Of a stretch of DNA of 49,659 bases, positions 17,583 to 27,035 are shown piece after piece. Position 1 is the first letter of the stretch; the number at the start of each line of letters is the position of its first letter. The stretch is from Gemmatimonadota bacterium (GTDB lineage: Bacteria; Latescibacterota; UBA2968; UBA8231), in assembly GCA_038128265.1 (NCBI GenBank), contig JAYPJE010000032.1, positions 1 through 49,659 on the forward strand. Direction: 5' to 3'. A program made the translations under genes and the position numbers. Below the pieces are notes generated by a model, which saw nothing but the letters and a program-made list of their open reading frames with translations, had not been told where the DNA came from and did no database searches.

Positions 17583-18095
17583 CTACGACAGCAGCTCTTC
17601 AATGCCGGCAACGACGATGCGTCGCTGGTCTATAGAAACGTCTTTGACGTAGTCCTTCACAGCGGGTATGAGCACCTCGCCGCGAGGCCCCCGCACGACG
17701 TACACGTCGGTCGACGGCATCTCCAGCACTTCGTCGACCGTGCCAATGGCTCCACCCTGTTCGTCCTCGACCGCGCAGCCAACCAGATCAAAGATGTAGT
17801 ACGAGTCGCTTGGCAGCGTCGGCACCTGATCGCGCTCTACCGTAACGTAGCCTTTGACGAGCCGTTCGCGCGCCTCTTCAGGCGTGTCGATGCCGACAAA
17901 TTTGAGCAGCACGCCGGGCTTTTCGGGCCGCCACTGTTCCAACCGAAAAGGTTGGTCTGGATGCCCCTCTTTCTGCACGACGACGGCGTCGAGCGCATCG
18001 TAGCGCCGCAGGTCATCGGTGAGCGGTTCGGCCATTACGTGACCGCGCACGCCCTTGCTGCGACTTATATAGGCTACGGCGATGCGTTGATCCAA
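17583..18095 (-). CDS. rimM: 16S rRNA processing protein RimM
   Basis: GVRG, YYIFDLVGCAV, DVYVV, VLIPAV; lies between rpsP and trmD. Confidence 0.95.
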   Translation of the reverse strand: MDQRIAVAYISRSKGVRGHVMAEPLTDDLRRYDALDAVVVQKEGHPDQPFRLEQWRPEKPGVLLKFVGIDTPEEARERLVKGYVTVERDQVPTLPSDSYYIFDLVGCAVEDEQGGAIGTVDEVLEMPSTDVYVVRGPRGEVLIPAVKDYVKDVSIDQRRIVVAGIEELLS

Positions 18096-18113
18096 AGCGC
18101 GCGCGCTCCGCGC

Positions 18114-18542
18114 TTATTCTTCGCTGGCTTCCTCAGCCGCCTCTTCAGCGGCGGGTGCTTCTTCTGCCGCTGCTTCCGCTGCCGGAGCCTCTTCGGCCAC
18201 CTCTTCGGCGGCGGGCGCTGCCGCTGCACTGGCCAACTTGCGGCGACGCTTTGGCTTATCGGTGCTAAGCGCACCTTCCTTTACCGCGCCCTCGAAGCCA
18301 CGCCAGCGCGCCAAAACGCCTTGGCTGCGGAACAGGGCCTCGACGGTTTCGGTCATTTCGGCGCCGCGGTTGAGCCAGAGCAGGGCATTCTCCTCGTTTA
18401 TTTTGACGCTGGAGTGGAGCGGATCGTAGGTGCCGATCAGTCCCAGTGCCTGGCCCTGGCGCCCCGTCGTGCTGTGCATGGCGACGATGCGGTAGAAGGG
18501 CTGCTTTTTCTTTCCGATTCTCGTGAGGCGAAGTTTAACCAA
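18114..18542 (-). CDS. rpsP: 30S ribosomal protein S16 with acidic Ala/Glu-rich tail
   Basis: [41 protein letters not shown] start. Confidence 0.98.
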   Translation of the reverse strand: MVKLRLTRIGKKKQPFYRIVAMHSTTGRQGQALGLIGTYDPLHSSVKINEENALLWLNRGAEMTETVEALFRSQGVLARWRGFEGAVKEGALSTDKPKRRRKLASAAAAPAAEEVAEEAPAAEAAAEEAPAAEEAAEEASEE

Positions 18543-18565
18543 CGGAGTTTTCTCCTTTTAAGTGT

Positions 18566-19900
18566 TCAGCCCGGAAAGGGCATTCTAAATTTCTTACCCA
18601 TTTTGCCCATTTTACTCCGGCTCATCTGCTTCATCATTTTCTGCATCTGCTGAAACTGCTTGACGAGCCGGTTGACGTCTTGAATCGTGGTGCCGCTGCC
18701 GCGGGCTATGCGCTTGCGGCGGCTGCCGTTGAGCACCTGTGGCCGGCGGCGCTCTTCCATCGTCATGGAGCGAATAATGGCCTCTACCTGGCCAAAGGCA
18801 CCGTCGTCTACCTGCATGCCTTTCATGGCTTTGCCGGCTCCTGGTATCATGCCGACCAACTGATCCAAGGGCCCCATTTTTTTCACCGCCTGCAGCTGTT
18901 CGAGAAAATCCTCAAACGTGAACGTAGCCTTGCGCAGGCGCTCCTCCATTTTTACTGCTTTGTCGCGCTCTATCGCGGCTTCGGCGCGCTCGACCAGCGA
19001 CAGCACGTCGCCCATGCCGAGAATGCGCGAGGCCATGCGGTCGGGGTGGAAGGTTTCTAGGTCTTCCACTTTCTCGCCCGTGCCGATAAACTTAATCGCT
19101 TGGCCCGTCACCTCGCGGATGGAGAGCGCTGCTCCGCCGCGGGCGTCGCTGTCCATCTTGGTCAATACAACGCCGCTAAAGGCGAGCTTTTCGTAGAATC
19201 GCTCAGCCGTCTCTACGGCGTCCTGGCCGATCATGCTATCGGCCGTGAACAGGATCTCATGCGGCTCGATTGAAGCCTTTATGCGCACCAACTCATCCAT
19301 CATCTGCTCGTCGATGCTCAGACGACCGGCCGTGTCGACGATGACGACGCTGCGATTGGTCGCCCGGCCCTGCGCCACGCCTTGGCGGCAGATCTCGACC
19401 GGGTCCGTGCCCGGCGCAGCGCTGAAGACGGGCACGTCGATCGAAGCCCCCAGCGTTTGTAACTGGTCGATCGCCGCGGGACGATAGATGTCGGCTGCGA
19501 CTAACTGCGCCGGACGACCCTGCTCTTTAAAATGGCGCGCTAGCTTGGCGGCCATGGTCGTTTTGCCGCCGCCCTGAAGGCCGACCATCATGACGATCGT
19601 CGGCGGGTGGTCGGCGAGCTTGATCGGCGCGCTGTGGCCGCCCAGCAGGACGACGAGCTCGTCGTGCACGATCTTGACTAGCTGCTGGCCCGCCGTCAGG
19701 CTCTTTATGACTTGCTGGCCGAGTGCCTGCTCCTTGACGCGCTGGATAAAGGTGCGCGCCACGGTAAAGTTGACGTCTGCCTCGAGCAGCGAACGGCGAA
19801 TTTCGCGCAGCGACTCATCTATGTTGCGCTCGGTAATGCGCCCCTGACCGCGCAGTTGGCGGAAGATGTCATCAAAGCGTTCGCTGAGTCGGTCAAACAT
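18566..19900 (-). CDS. ffh: Signal recognition particle protein Ffh
   Basis: LLEADVN, GLQGGGKTT, DIYRPAA, DTAGR, TKMDSDARGG, FHPDRMASRILGMGD; Met-rich M domain. Confidence 0.99.
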   Translation of the reverse strand: MFDRLSERFDDIFRQLRGQGRITERNIDESLREIRRSLLEADVNFTVARTFIQRVKEQALGQQVIKSLTAGQQLVKIVHDELVVLLGGHSAPIKLADHPPTIVMMVGLQGGGKTTMAAKLARHFKEQGRPAQLVAADIYRPAAIDQLQTLGASIDVPVFSAAPGTDPVEICRQGVAQGRATNRSVVIVDTAGRLSIDEQMMDELVRIKASIEPHEILFTADSMIGQDAVETAERFYEKLAFSGVVLTKMDSDARGGAALSIREVTGQAIKFIGTGEKVEDLETFHPDRMASRILGMGDVLSLVERAEAAIERDKAVKMEERLRKATFTFEDFLEQLQAVKKMGPLDQLVGMIPGAGKAMKGMQVDDGAFGQVEAIIRSMTMEERRRPQVLNGSRRKRIARGSGTTIQDVNRLVKQFQQMQKMMKQMSRSKMGKMGKKFRMPFPG

Positions 19901-19976
19901 GAAACTCGGGCCTTGCCCCTTTTTGCATCCGCCCTGCCTTCGGGCTTTAAAAAGCTACAAAATCAGTGAAACACAT

Positions 19977-20005
19977 AATATAGAGTTGTGATTTCAATCG
20001 AGCAA
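19977..20005 (-). promoter_or_regulatory. Putative sigma70 promoter of the ffh-rpsP-rimM-trmD-rplS operon
   Basis: Minus strand TTGCTC-N17-TATATT in an AT-rich gap. Confidence 0.55.
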
Positions 20006-20023
20006 TAGAAATGGCACGACGTC

Positions 20024-20683
20024 TCAGCCGCGCAAATCGGCGATGGCGCGGTCCGGATCTGCTGCTCGGAAAACGGCCGAACCCGCTACCAGAATGCTGG
20101 CGCCTGCACTGCGGCACGCGGCGGCGTTGTCCGGGTTTACGCCGCCGTCGATCTGAATGGGAAGCTGGAGTGCGCGTCGCTCAATTTCGTCGCGCAGTGC
20201 CTCGACTTTGTGCAGCGCCTGGGGTTGGAATGACTGGCCTCCAAAGCCGGGCTCGACGGACATGACGAGGACCAGATCGAGCTCATCGAGGAAGGGAAAT
20301 AGTACCTCGACGGGGGTCGCAGGGTTGAGCACCAAACCGCACTGGAGGTCGATTGCGCGCATTTCGGCAAAGAGGGGCACCGGATCGGGACAGGTTTCGA
20401 TATGAATCGTCAGCGAGTCGGCGCCAGCAGCCTTGAAGGGCTCAATATAGGGTCGGGGATCGGCAATCATTAGGTGCGTGTCAAAAAAGAGCTGTGTCGT
20501 CGGGCGAATCGATTCGAGTACGGGTATGCCGAAGCTGATATTGGGCACGAAACGCCCGTCCATGACGTCTAAGTGCAGCCAGTCGGCCCCCGCTTCTTCC
20601 ACTCGGTGGATCTGCTCGGCCAGGCGGGCAAAATCGGCGGCGAGCAGAGAGGGGGCGATGCGGGTAGTCAGGTTTGTGGACAT
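20024..20683 (-). CDS. rpe: Ribulose-phosphate 3-epimerase
   Basis: IAPSLLAADF, HLDVMDGRFVPNISFG, DTHLM, MSVEPGFGGQ, IDGGVN, VAGSAVF. Confidence 0.98.
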   Translation of the reverse strand: MSTNLTTRIAPSLLAADFARLAEQIHRVEEAGADWLHLDVMDGRFVPNISFGIPVLESIRPTTQLFFDTHLMIADPRPYIEPFKAAGADSLTIHIETCPDPVPLFAEMRAIDLQCGLVLNPATPVEVLFPFLDELDLVLVMSVEPGFGGQSFQPQALHKVEALRDEIERRALQLPIQIDGGVNPDNAAACRSAGASILVAGSAVFRAADPDRAIADLRG

Positions 20684-20685
20684 AG

Positions 20686-21435
20686 TTAGCGGCCTCCGTC
20701 GTCTCTGCGTTTGGCACTAACGCGCAAATTGATGCGCGTGTTGCGCGGCGTGGGCGTGCCCGGGGCAGGCACTTGACTGAGGATCGTGCCCGGTGCGGCG
20801 CTGTTGTCGATTCCGTTTTCCACGCGCCCGAGCTGCATCTCGTACTTGCGCAAGGTGTCTTCTACGACTTCAATGGACAGGTTGAGCAGGCTTGGAGTCG
20901 ACTTCAGGGATGTGGGGGAACCGTTGCTTATGCGCAAGTCGACGAGGCTGCCGCGCACTAGGGCTGTGCCGGCTGCTGGCTCCTGGTCGATGACGACGCC
21001 CTCGGGCACATTATTCGACGATACGTAGAGAATCGAGCCGATGCCAAGTTGTTGAGACTCTAGCTGAAGGCGCGCTTCGCGCTGGCTGACTCTGCGCAGG
21101 TCGGGCGCGGAGTAGTAGCGTGGTCCTCGGCTCAAGAGCACGGTGACGGCGCGTCCCCGTTTGACCCGCTGACCCGCTTCGGGAATGTGGTCAATGACAG
21201 AGCCCATGGGTATGCGTTCGTGGTGCATGCTGTCGCCGAGTGCCATTTTTAGGCCCCACTGCTGCAGGCGCTCGGACGCCTGTGTGGAAGATAGGTTTAC
21301 GAGCCGCGGTATTTTTACGCTTGGCACATCGACGATGTATGGCATGATGACCGTGTCGGCCAGCGCTAGGATGAGCACGCCAGCCATACCCGCAGACGCG
21401 GCGGCCAGACCGAGGTGGGCGATAAGTCTCTTCAT
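20686..21435 (-). CDS. Membrane-anchored PASTA-domain protein (three PASTA repeats)
   Basis: N-terminal TM, then repeats P-x-L...G-x-(V/I)-(I/L)-x-Q-x-P-x-xG. Confidence 0.88.
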   Translation of the reverse strand: MKRLIAHLGLAAASAGMAGVLILALADTVIMPYIVDVPSVKIPRLVNLSSTQASERLQQWGLKMALGDSMHHERIPMGSVIDHIPEAGQRVKRGRAVTVLLSRGPRYYSAPDLRRVSQREARLQLESQQLGIGSILYVSSNNVPEGVVIDQEPAAGTALVRGSLVDLRISNGSPTSLKSTPSLLNLSIEVVEDTLRKYEMQLGRVENGIDNSAAPGTILSQVPAPGTPTPRNTRINLRVSAKRRDDGGR

Positions 21436-22745
21436 GTGGTCACCTTGCGTATACGCGCCGCAAAGGCTCCGTCGCCGGGGTGTTGACCAGGCAGCGCCTG
21501 TGCGTAGCGCGCCGCGCGTTCGTCGTTGCGCAGGTATTCTCGCGCCTCTTCTATGCGCGCCGTCGGCGTTTCGTTGAGCAAGGCCTCGACGACGTCTTCG
21601 TTTTCCTCCCGCTCTAAGCTGCAGGTGCTGTATACTAGCACGCCACCGGGACGCAGGTGGGTGAATGCGGCCGCGAGCATTTTGCTCTGGCGTGCGACTA
21701 GTGCTGGCAGCTGGTCGATGCCCTTGGTCCAGCGCGCGTCGGGGTGTCGCCCCAAAATGCCGGTGCCGCTGCAGGGTGCGTCGACGAGAATGCGATCAAA
21801 ATGCGGGCTTCCCACGGTGCAAGCATCCCACGTCATGGGGCGTATGCAGTGCAAGTGAAGGCGTTGGGTGTTTTCGCGCAGACGCTGCAGGCGCTGCAGA
21901 GACCGGTCGGCCGCTACGACCACTCCGCAATCGTCCATCTTTTCGGCTATTTGCGTGGCCTTGCCTCCGGGCGCGCTGCACGCATCCAGCACGCGTTCAC
22001 CTGGTTGGGGATCGAGCAGGTCAACGGCCATTCCGGCGCTGGGATCCTGGATCTGAAAGTGACCGTCGGCATAGGTTGGAGAACGAAAGACCGCGCGCGG
22101 CTCCAGCGCGCGCAGATAGCCGCCGGGACCCTGCTCGAGCTCGAGCTCGCCGCATAGCGCTGCCGATGTGCTGCGCAGTGGGTTGGGTCGCAGCCAGACG
22201 GGCGCTGGCAGGTTGTTGGCCTCGACGAGCCGAAGCGTCTTTTCCCGTCCCAGCCGTTCGAGCCAGCGCTCGACGAGCCACTGTGGGTGCGAATGGTAGA
22301 GCGAGAGATGCCGCGCCGTTTCGCCGTTGGGATCGGGGTAGCGCACGCGCTTGGGCTGTCGAATAAACGCGCGCAAGATGGCGTTAATCAGACCGCTGGC
22401 CGAACGAGCACCGTGGCGTTTGGCCAATTCGACCGAAGTGTGCACTGCCGCGCGCTCGGGCACGCGGTCCATAAAGCCCACTTGCAGTATGCCGAGTCGC
22501 AGGATCGTCAGCACGCGCGCTTCGAGTTCGTCTACGGGGCGGCGGCAGAAGTGTCCAATGATCCAGTCTAAGCGCAGCCGCCAGCGCAGAGTGCCGAGCA
22601 CTAGCTGGCGAGCAAAGCGCTGGTCGCGTCCATCGGAAAGGGAGGCGTCCAGCTCGGCCAGCAGCTCGTCGACCGGGACGGGGTTTTCTTCCCAGCGGTC
22701 TAGTAGCAGCAGGGCCGCCGCACGCGCGGGGTCGCCGTGTGCCAT
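21432..22745 (-). CDS. rsmB: 16S rRNA m5C967 methyltransferase RsmB/Sun
   Basis: NusB-like N-terminus, SHPQWLV, IQD, LDACSAPGGK, DAPCSGTG, VYSTCS. ATG 22745 overlaps the upstream stop (TGATG). Confidence 0.93.
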   Translation of the reverse strand: MAHGDPARAAALLLLDRWEENPVPVDELLAELDASLSDGRDQRFARQLVLGTLRWRLRLDWIIGHFCRRPVDELEARVLTILRLGILQVGFMDRVPERAAVHTSVELAKRHGARSASGLINAILRAFIRQPKRVRYPDPNGETARHLSLYHSHPQWLVERWLERLGREKTLRLVEANNLPAPVWLRPNPLRSTSAALCGELELEQGPGGYLRALEPRAVFRSPTYADGHFQIQDPSAGMAVDLLDPQPGERVLDACSAPGGKATQIAEKMDDCGVVVAADRSLQRLQRLRENTQRLHLHCIRPMTWDACTVGSPHFDRILVDAPCSGTGILGRHPDARWTKGIDQLPALVARQSKMLAAAFTHLRPGGVLVYSTCSLEREENEDVVEALLNETPTARIEEAREYLRNDERAARYAQALPGQHPGDGAFAARIRKVTT

Positions 22746-23983
22746 CAGCGCAGGAGCAGCATGCGCTGCACCTGAGTGCCGCGATGGGATGTGAGCCGAG
22801 CGAAGTACACCCCACTTGCCGCCGCGCGCCCGTCCTCGTAGCGACCGTTCCAACGCGCGCGCTGTTGGCCTACAGAGGGCACTCCGTCAAAGAGCGTTGC
22901 AACGCGCTGCCCGAGCGCGCTGTAAACGACCAGCGTTGCGGGGTAGTCTGCGTCGAGTGCGCCGACGTCAAACGCCAGTTCCGTGCCGGCGTTAAACGGG
23001 TTGGGGTAGTTTAACCGCAGGCGACTTTCGTTGGGCCGAGCGGCTTCTCCGAGTTCTGTGACGGCGGTGATTGGCGACCGCCATACGAGCAGCTGCTCGT
23101 CGCACAGGTCCTGTCCCCGCGGAGCGGCACAGGCTCGCACGCGCGCGGTCGTTTCACCAGCCTGTCCGCTGGCATCCAGGCGCAGCTGGGCGCTGCCCTG
23201 ACGATCGCTCATGCCCGGCAGTTCGGCTACTGTGCCAGGAGCCAGCGCTCGTGCGCTGTCCTCCGTCAGCACGTAGAGGGTGCCGGGCCCGGGGTTGTCC
23301 ACCTGCCACGTTACGTCTGTCCCTGCGGCAAAGACAGGTCCGTCTAATAGGCGCGCAACAAGGCCGACCTCTCCCTGACTGGCGTCGCTGAGTGCGGCCT
23401 CCTCTGCGCTCGAATAGAGGCGCGTAGAAGCCGATGCCTCGATGAAAACGCCGCTGTCCAGGGGTTGGCCTGCCGCATCGCAATAGTTGGCCAGCGCCAC
23501 GGCTTCGACGGGGTAAACGGTGTCGCGCTCGGTAGACGAGGGCCCCAGCGACACTAGTTCGAGATAGAGTGCAAGCGGCGTTTCTGGCGTTATGCCCGGC
23601 GCAATTTCAAAGCCCAATAGGGCTAGTTCGCCGTCACCGCTGAGTCCATTGCCGCCGAAAACGGCTATGCCATAGCCGGCGGTGTCGCCTTCTATTTGCG
23701 GTGGGCCGGGGGCGATAAACGACTTGGATTCCGTCGTTGCTCCCGTGCCGCCGACGGCTGAGGATACGGCGCCCGAGGGGGTCCAACGAAAGTCAAATTT
23801 TATTTGGCGAACGCCCTCCATCTGTCGGGCATTGACGAGAAACTCTATGCGCTGCCCTGCCTCCAGGCCGCAGGCCGGCGATAGGCGAGTAAGCTCAATT
23901 TCCACGCCGGCGTTGGGGCCGGCATGTGCGGTGGACGCGGCGAAGGCAAAAAGCGCAGCGGAAAGTAGGCGGAGAAAATGCAA
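22745..23983 (-). CDS. Secreted protein with C-terminal FlgD-Ig/T9SS type-A-like sorting domain
   Basis: Signal peptide ending AHA; beta-rich cohesin/Ig-like N-terminal region; C-terminus LNYPNPFN..VYSALGQRVATL..WNG..ASGVYFARL..RMLLLR. Confidence 0.8.
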   Translation of the reverse strand: MHFLRLLSAALFAFAASTAHAGPNAGVEIELTRLSPACGLEAGQRIEFLVNARQMEGVRQIKFDFRWTPSGAVSSAVGGTGATTESKSFIAPGPPQIEGDTAGYGIAVFGGNGLSGDGELALLGFEIAPGITPETPLALYLELVSLGPSSTERDTVYPVEAVALANYCDAAGQPLDSGVFIEASASTRLYSSAEEAALSDASQGEVGLVARLLDGPVFAAGTDVTWQVDNPGPGTLYVLTEDSARALAPGTVAELPGMSDRQGSAQLRLDASGQAGETTARVRACAAPRGQDLCDEQLLVWRSPITAVTELGEAARPNESRLRLNYPNPFNAGTELAFDVGALDADYPATLVVYSALGQRVATLFDGVPSVGQQRARWNGRYEDGRAAASGVYFARLTSHRGTQVQRMLLLR

Positions 23984-24145
23984 AATTAGCTCCTGGGGTA
24001 CAGGCGTTCGTTGACGACAAATCTAAGCAAGACCCAGAGAGGGGCAAGCGCGTGGCGGCGGCTCTTGACGAGATTTTCCGCTGGGGTCTATATTGCTCAG
24101 GCGTGCAGCTGTGTCCCTTGCCTACACCCGAACCCCTGTCTACCC

Positions 24146-25816
24146 ATGCGCCTCTATCCCGTCTGGAATATTCGCCATAGTGCACCCTATGATTCGCTTG
24201 TAGATGCCGTGCTGGGCGTGCGCTCGCTGTGCCGATCCGACTTGGATGTTGGCCCGGAAGCTATGCACGACCCCGGTCTCCTGCGCGATATGGACCGTGC
24301 GGTCGAGCGCATCGTGCACGCTATCGCACAGCACGAGAAGATCGTCGTGTTTGGTGATTACGACGTAGATGGGGTATCGAGCACCGCCGTTATGCTGGAT
24401 TTTCTCGAGGCGTCAGGGGCCGACTGTGCCTATCTGCTGCCCGACCGCCACGTAGATGGTTATGGCCTGAAGCCGCCGGGCGTGGAGCGCGCGCTGGCGC
24501 TAGGGGCCAAGCTGATCGTGACGGTGGACAATGGAATCTCGGCTTTTGAAGCACTCGCTCTGGCGCGTGAGCGCGGCGTCGATGTAGTGGTCGTCGACCA
24601 TCATCAGCAGCTGGACGATCTGCCCGATGCGCTGGCCATCGTCAATCCCAACCGTCGCGACTGCTCGTATCCCTTTAAAGAGCTTGCGGGGGTAGGCGTC
24701 ACCTTCAAACTGGTGCAGGCGCTCAGCGCGTCGTTTTTTGCGCCCGACGAGCGCCGCCGCTACTTGAATAGCCTACTCGACTTGGTCGTCTTGGGGACCG
24801 TGGCCGACGTCATGCCGGTGCTGGGTGAGAACAGAGTCTTTGTTCAGCGCGGATTGCAGATTCTCAACAATACGGCGCGGCCCGGACTGCGCCAGCTCAA
24901 AGCCGTGGCTGGATACGCTGAAAAGCCGGTGAAGACGACGGGTGTCGGGTTTCATTTGGGGCCGCGGATTAACGTGGCTGGCCGTTTGGAAAAGCCGGAT
25001 ATCGCACTGGAACTGCTGCGGGCGGGCAGCGACGCCCAGGCCGCCCAGTTGGCCGACGAGTTAAACAAGTTGAATGCGCGTCGCCAGGCTCTTCAGCGCG
25101 AGGGCATAGAAGAGGCGGAGGCCCTTGTGAGCGACGAGGATTTGCAGCGCGACCGGATCGTCGTCGTCCTCGGCGATTGGAAACTCGGCATCGTCGGGTT
25201 GCTGGCGAGCAAACTGTGCGAAAAGCACATGCGCCCCGCTGTTGTGTGCAGCGAAGAGGCCGGAGGGGAACTGTACGTTGGCTCTGCGCGGAGTATTCCC
25301 GGTTACGACATCAGCCAGGGCATTAGTGCCTGCGCCGATCATCTAGTCGCCTACGGAGGTCATCCCGCCGCCGCCGGATTTTCTCTGCGCGCAGAGGCAT
25401 TCGAGGCATTTCGCATGGGATTGATTGAGCACGCCAATGCCCACATTGGCGCCGAGCAAATGCAGGCCGAGCTCGATGTCGATATCGAACTGGCAGCGCG
25501 CGATTTACACATTAGCACGATCGAAGCACTCGAATCGTTGGAGCCCTTTGGCAACGGCAACGAAGCACCGCTATTTGCCATGCGCGGGTGCAAGGTGCTA
25601 TCGCGTCGGCAGATCGGCAAGGGAGGTAGCCATCTCAAGGTGGAGATTGAAGCGGATGGCAGGCACTGCAACGCCCTGTGGTGGAACCAGGGCGACGTGG
25701 CCGATAAAATCTATCCTGGCCAGCGCGTGAGCGCGGCCTTTGTGCTCGAAGAAGATTCGTACGCCGGCGGGGGTGCCGTGCAAATGATTGTACGAGACAT
25801 GTATCTGGAAAGGTGA
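24146..25816 (+). CDS. recJ: Single-stranded DNA exonuclease RecJ
   Basis: GDYDVDG, TVDNG, VDHH, LAGVGV, GTVADVMP..ENR, PRINVAGR, GSARS, YGGH.AAAG, EPFGNGN. Start set at ATG 24146. Confidence 0.97.
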   Translation: MRLYPVWNIRHSAPYDSLVDAVLGVRSLCRSDLDVGPEAMHDPGLLRDMDRAVERIVHAIAQHEKIVVFGDYDVDGVSSTAVMLDFLEASGADCAYLLPDRHVDGYGLKPPGVERALALGAKLIVTVDNGISAFEALALARERGVDVVVVDHHQQLDDLPDALAIVNPNRRDCSYPFKELAGVGVTFKLVQALSASFFAPDERRRYLNSLLDLVVLGTVADVMPVLGENRVFVQRGLQILNNTARPGLRQLKAVAGYAEKPVKTTGVGFHLGPRINVAGRLEKPDIALELLRAGSDAQAAQLADELNKLNARRQALQREGIEEAEALVSDEDLQRDRIVVVLGDWKLGIVGLLASKLCEKHMRPAVVCSEEAGGELYVGSARSIPGYDISQGISACADHLVAYGGHPAAAGFSLRAEAFEAFRMGLIEHANAHIGAEQMQAELDVDIELAARDLHISTIEALESLEPFGNGNEAPLFAMRGCKVLSRRQIGKGGSHLKVEIEADGRHCNALWWNQGDVADKIYPGQRVSAAFVLEEDSYAGGGAVQMIVRDMYLER

Positions 25817-25824
25817 TTTGGTCG

Positions 25825-27033
25825 ATGATTAGCAGCGAATACACGCGCGATCTATGCATCCGCGGAGCCAAGAGCAAGATTCTCATGTTGGTCATAGATG
25901 GCCTCGGAGGATTGCCCCATCCGGAGACGGGCCGGTCCGAGTTGGAAACGGCCCGGCTGCCCAACCTCGATGCGTTGGCCGCTGCCGGTAGCTGCGGACT
26001 TATTTCGCCGCTGGGCGGCGGTTTTACGCCGGGCAGCGGACCGGCGCACCTCGCGCTCTTTGGCTACGATCCATGGAAGAGCGAAATCGGCCGCGGCGCG
26101 CTTTCGGCGCTGGGCTTGGGCGTTGACTTTCGTCCCGGCGACGTGGCATCGCGCCTCAACTTCTGCACGATCGATGCCGACGGCAACGTGACGGACCGGC
26201 GCGCGGGCCGCATTCCCACTGAAAAGGGGCGCGAGCTGTGCGAACTGCTGGGGGCGGTCGACATTCCCGGTGTGCAGGTGACGGTGGCGGCAGAAATGGA
26301 GTACCGCGCGGGCGTGGTGTTTCGCGGCGACGGACTCAGCGATGGAGTCGGCGACTCCGATCCACAGGGTACGGGCGTGCCGCCGCGGCCGCTGGCCGCG
26401 CACGATGCAGCTTCTGAACGGATGGTCGAAGTGGCCAACGCGTTTCTGGATCAGGCGCGTCAGATTCTGGCGGACCAGAGCCCGGCCAACATGGTTTTGA
26501 TGCGCGGGTTTGGTCGCTATCCCGAGCTGGCCCAATTCGATGACGTGTACGGGCTGCGCGCGTTGGGTATTGCCGGCTACCCAATGTATCGGGGTGTGGC
26601 CGGTGCCGTTGGGATGGATACGGTCGAAGTCGGGTGGGATCTCGCGTCGGAGTGCGCGGTGTACGAGGAGCATTTCGCTGAATACGACTACGTCTACATG
26701 CACGTTAAAAAGACGGACAGCGCGGGCGAAGACGGGGACTTTGATCGCAAAGTAGCCCTGTTGGAAGAAGTGGATGCGCACGTGCCGCGCCTGCTGGAGC
26801 AAGGGCCAGACGTGGTCGTAGTAACCGGCGATCACTCGACGCCGTCGATTATGCGCAGCCACAGCTGGCATCCCGTTCCGACCCTCATTCACAGCGGTTT
26901 TGCGCTGGCCGATGCCGCGAGCACGTTCTCCGAACGCGGCTGTCAGCAGGGCAGCCTTGGCGTCCTGCCGTCATCGGCGCTGATGTCGCTGGCGCTAGCG
27001 CACGCCCAGCGCTTAGACAAGTTTGGCGCTTAG
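25825..27033 (+). CDS. apgM: 2,3-bisphosphoglycerate-independent phosphoglycerate mutase, ApgM (archaeal-like) type
   Basis: IDGLGG, LETARLPNLD, PGSGPAHLALFGYDP, GRG, DRRAGRI, HVKKTDSAGEDG, TGDHSTP, HSWHPVP. Confidence 0.92.
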   Translation: MISSEYTRDLCIRGAKSKILMLVIDGLGGLPHPETGRSELETARLPNLDALAAAGSCGLISPLGGGFTPGSGPAHLALFGYDPWKSEIGRGALSALGLGVDFRPGDVASRLNFCTIDADGNVTDRRAGRIPTEKGRELCELLGAVDIPGVQVTVAAEMEYRAGVVFRGDGLSDGVGDSDPQGTGVPPRPLAAHDAASERMVEVANAFLDQARQILADQSPANMVLMRGFGRYPELAQFDDVYGLRALGIAGYPMYRGVAGAVGMDTVEVGWDLASECAVYEEHFAEYDYVYMHVKKTDSAGEDGDFDRKVALLEEVDAHVPRLLEQGPDVVVVTGDHSTPSIMRSHSWHPVPTLIHSGFALADAASTFSERGCQQGSLGVLPSSALMSLALAHAQRLDKFGA

Positions 27034-27035
27034 CT

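Noticed and set aside
18114..18230. Imperfect GCC/GAA repeats at the end of rpsP
   Set aside because: They encode the Ala/Glu-rich low-complexity tail common in long S16 proteins; not a DNA repeat element or CRISPR.
17442..18653. 403-aa plus-strand ORF
   Set aside because: Antisense shadow of trmD/rimM/rpsP/ffh in GC-rich DNA; no motifs.
19901..19976. Possible SRP RNA or structured leader upstream of ffh
   Set aside because: No SRP domain IV (CAGG..GGAA..AGCA) pattern or convincing stem.
25852..26892. 346-aa minus-strand ORF
   Set aside because: Antisense to the well-supported apgM.
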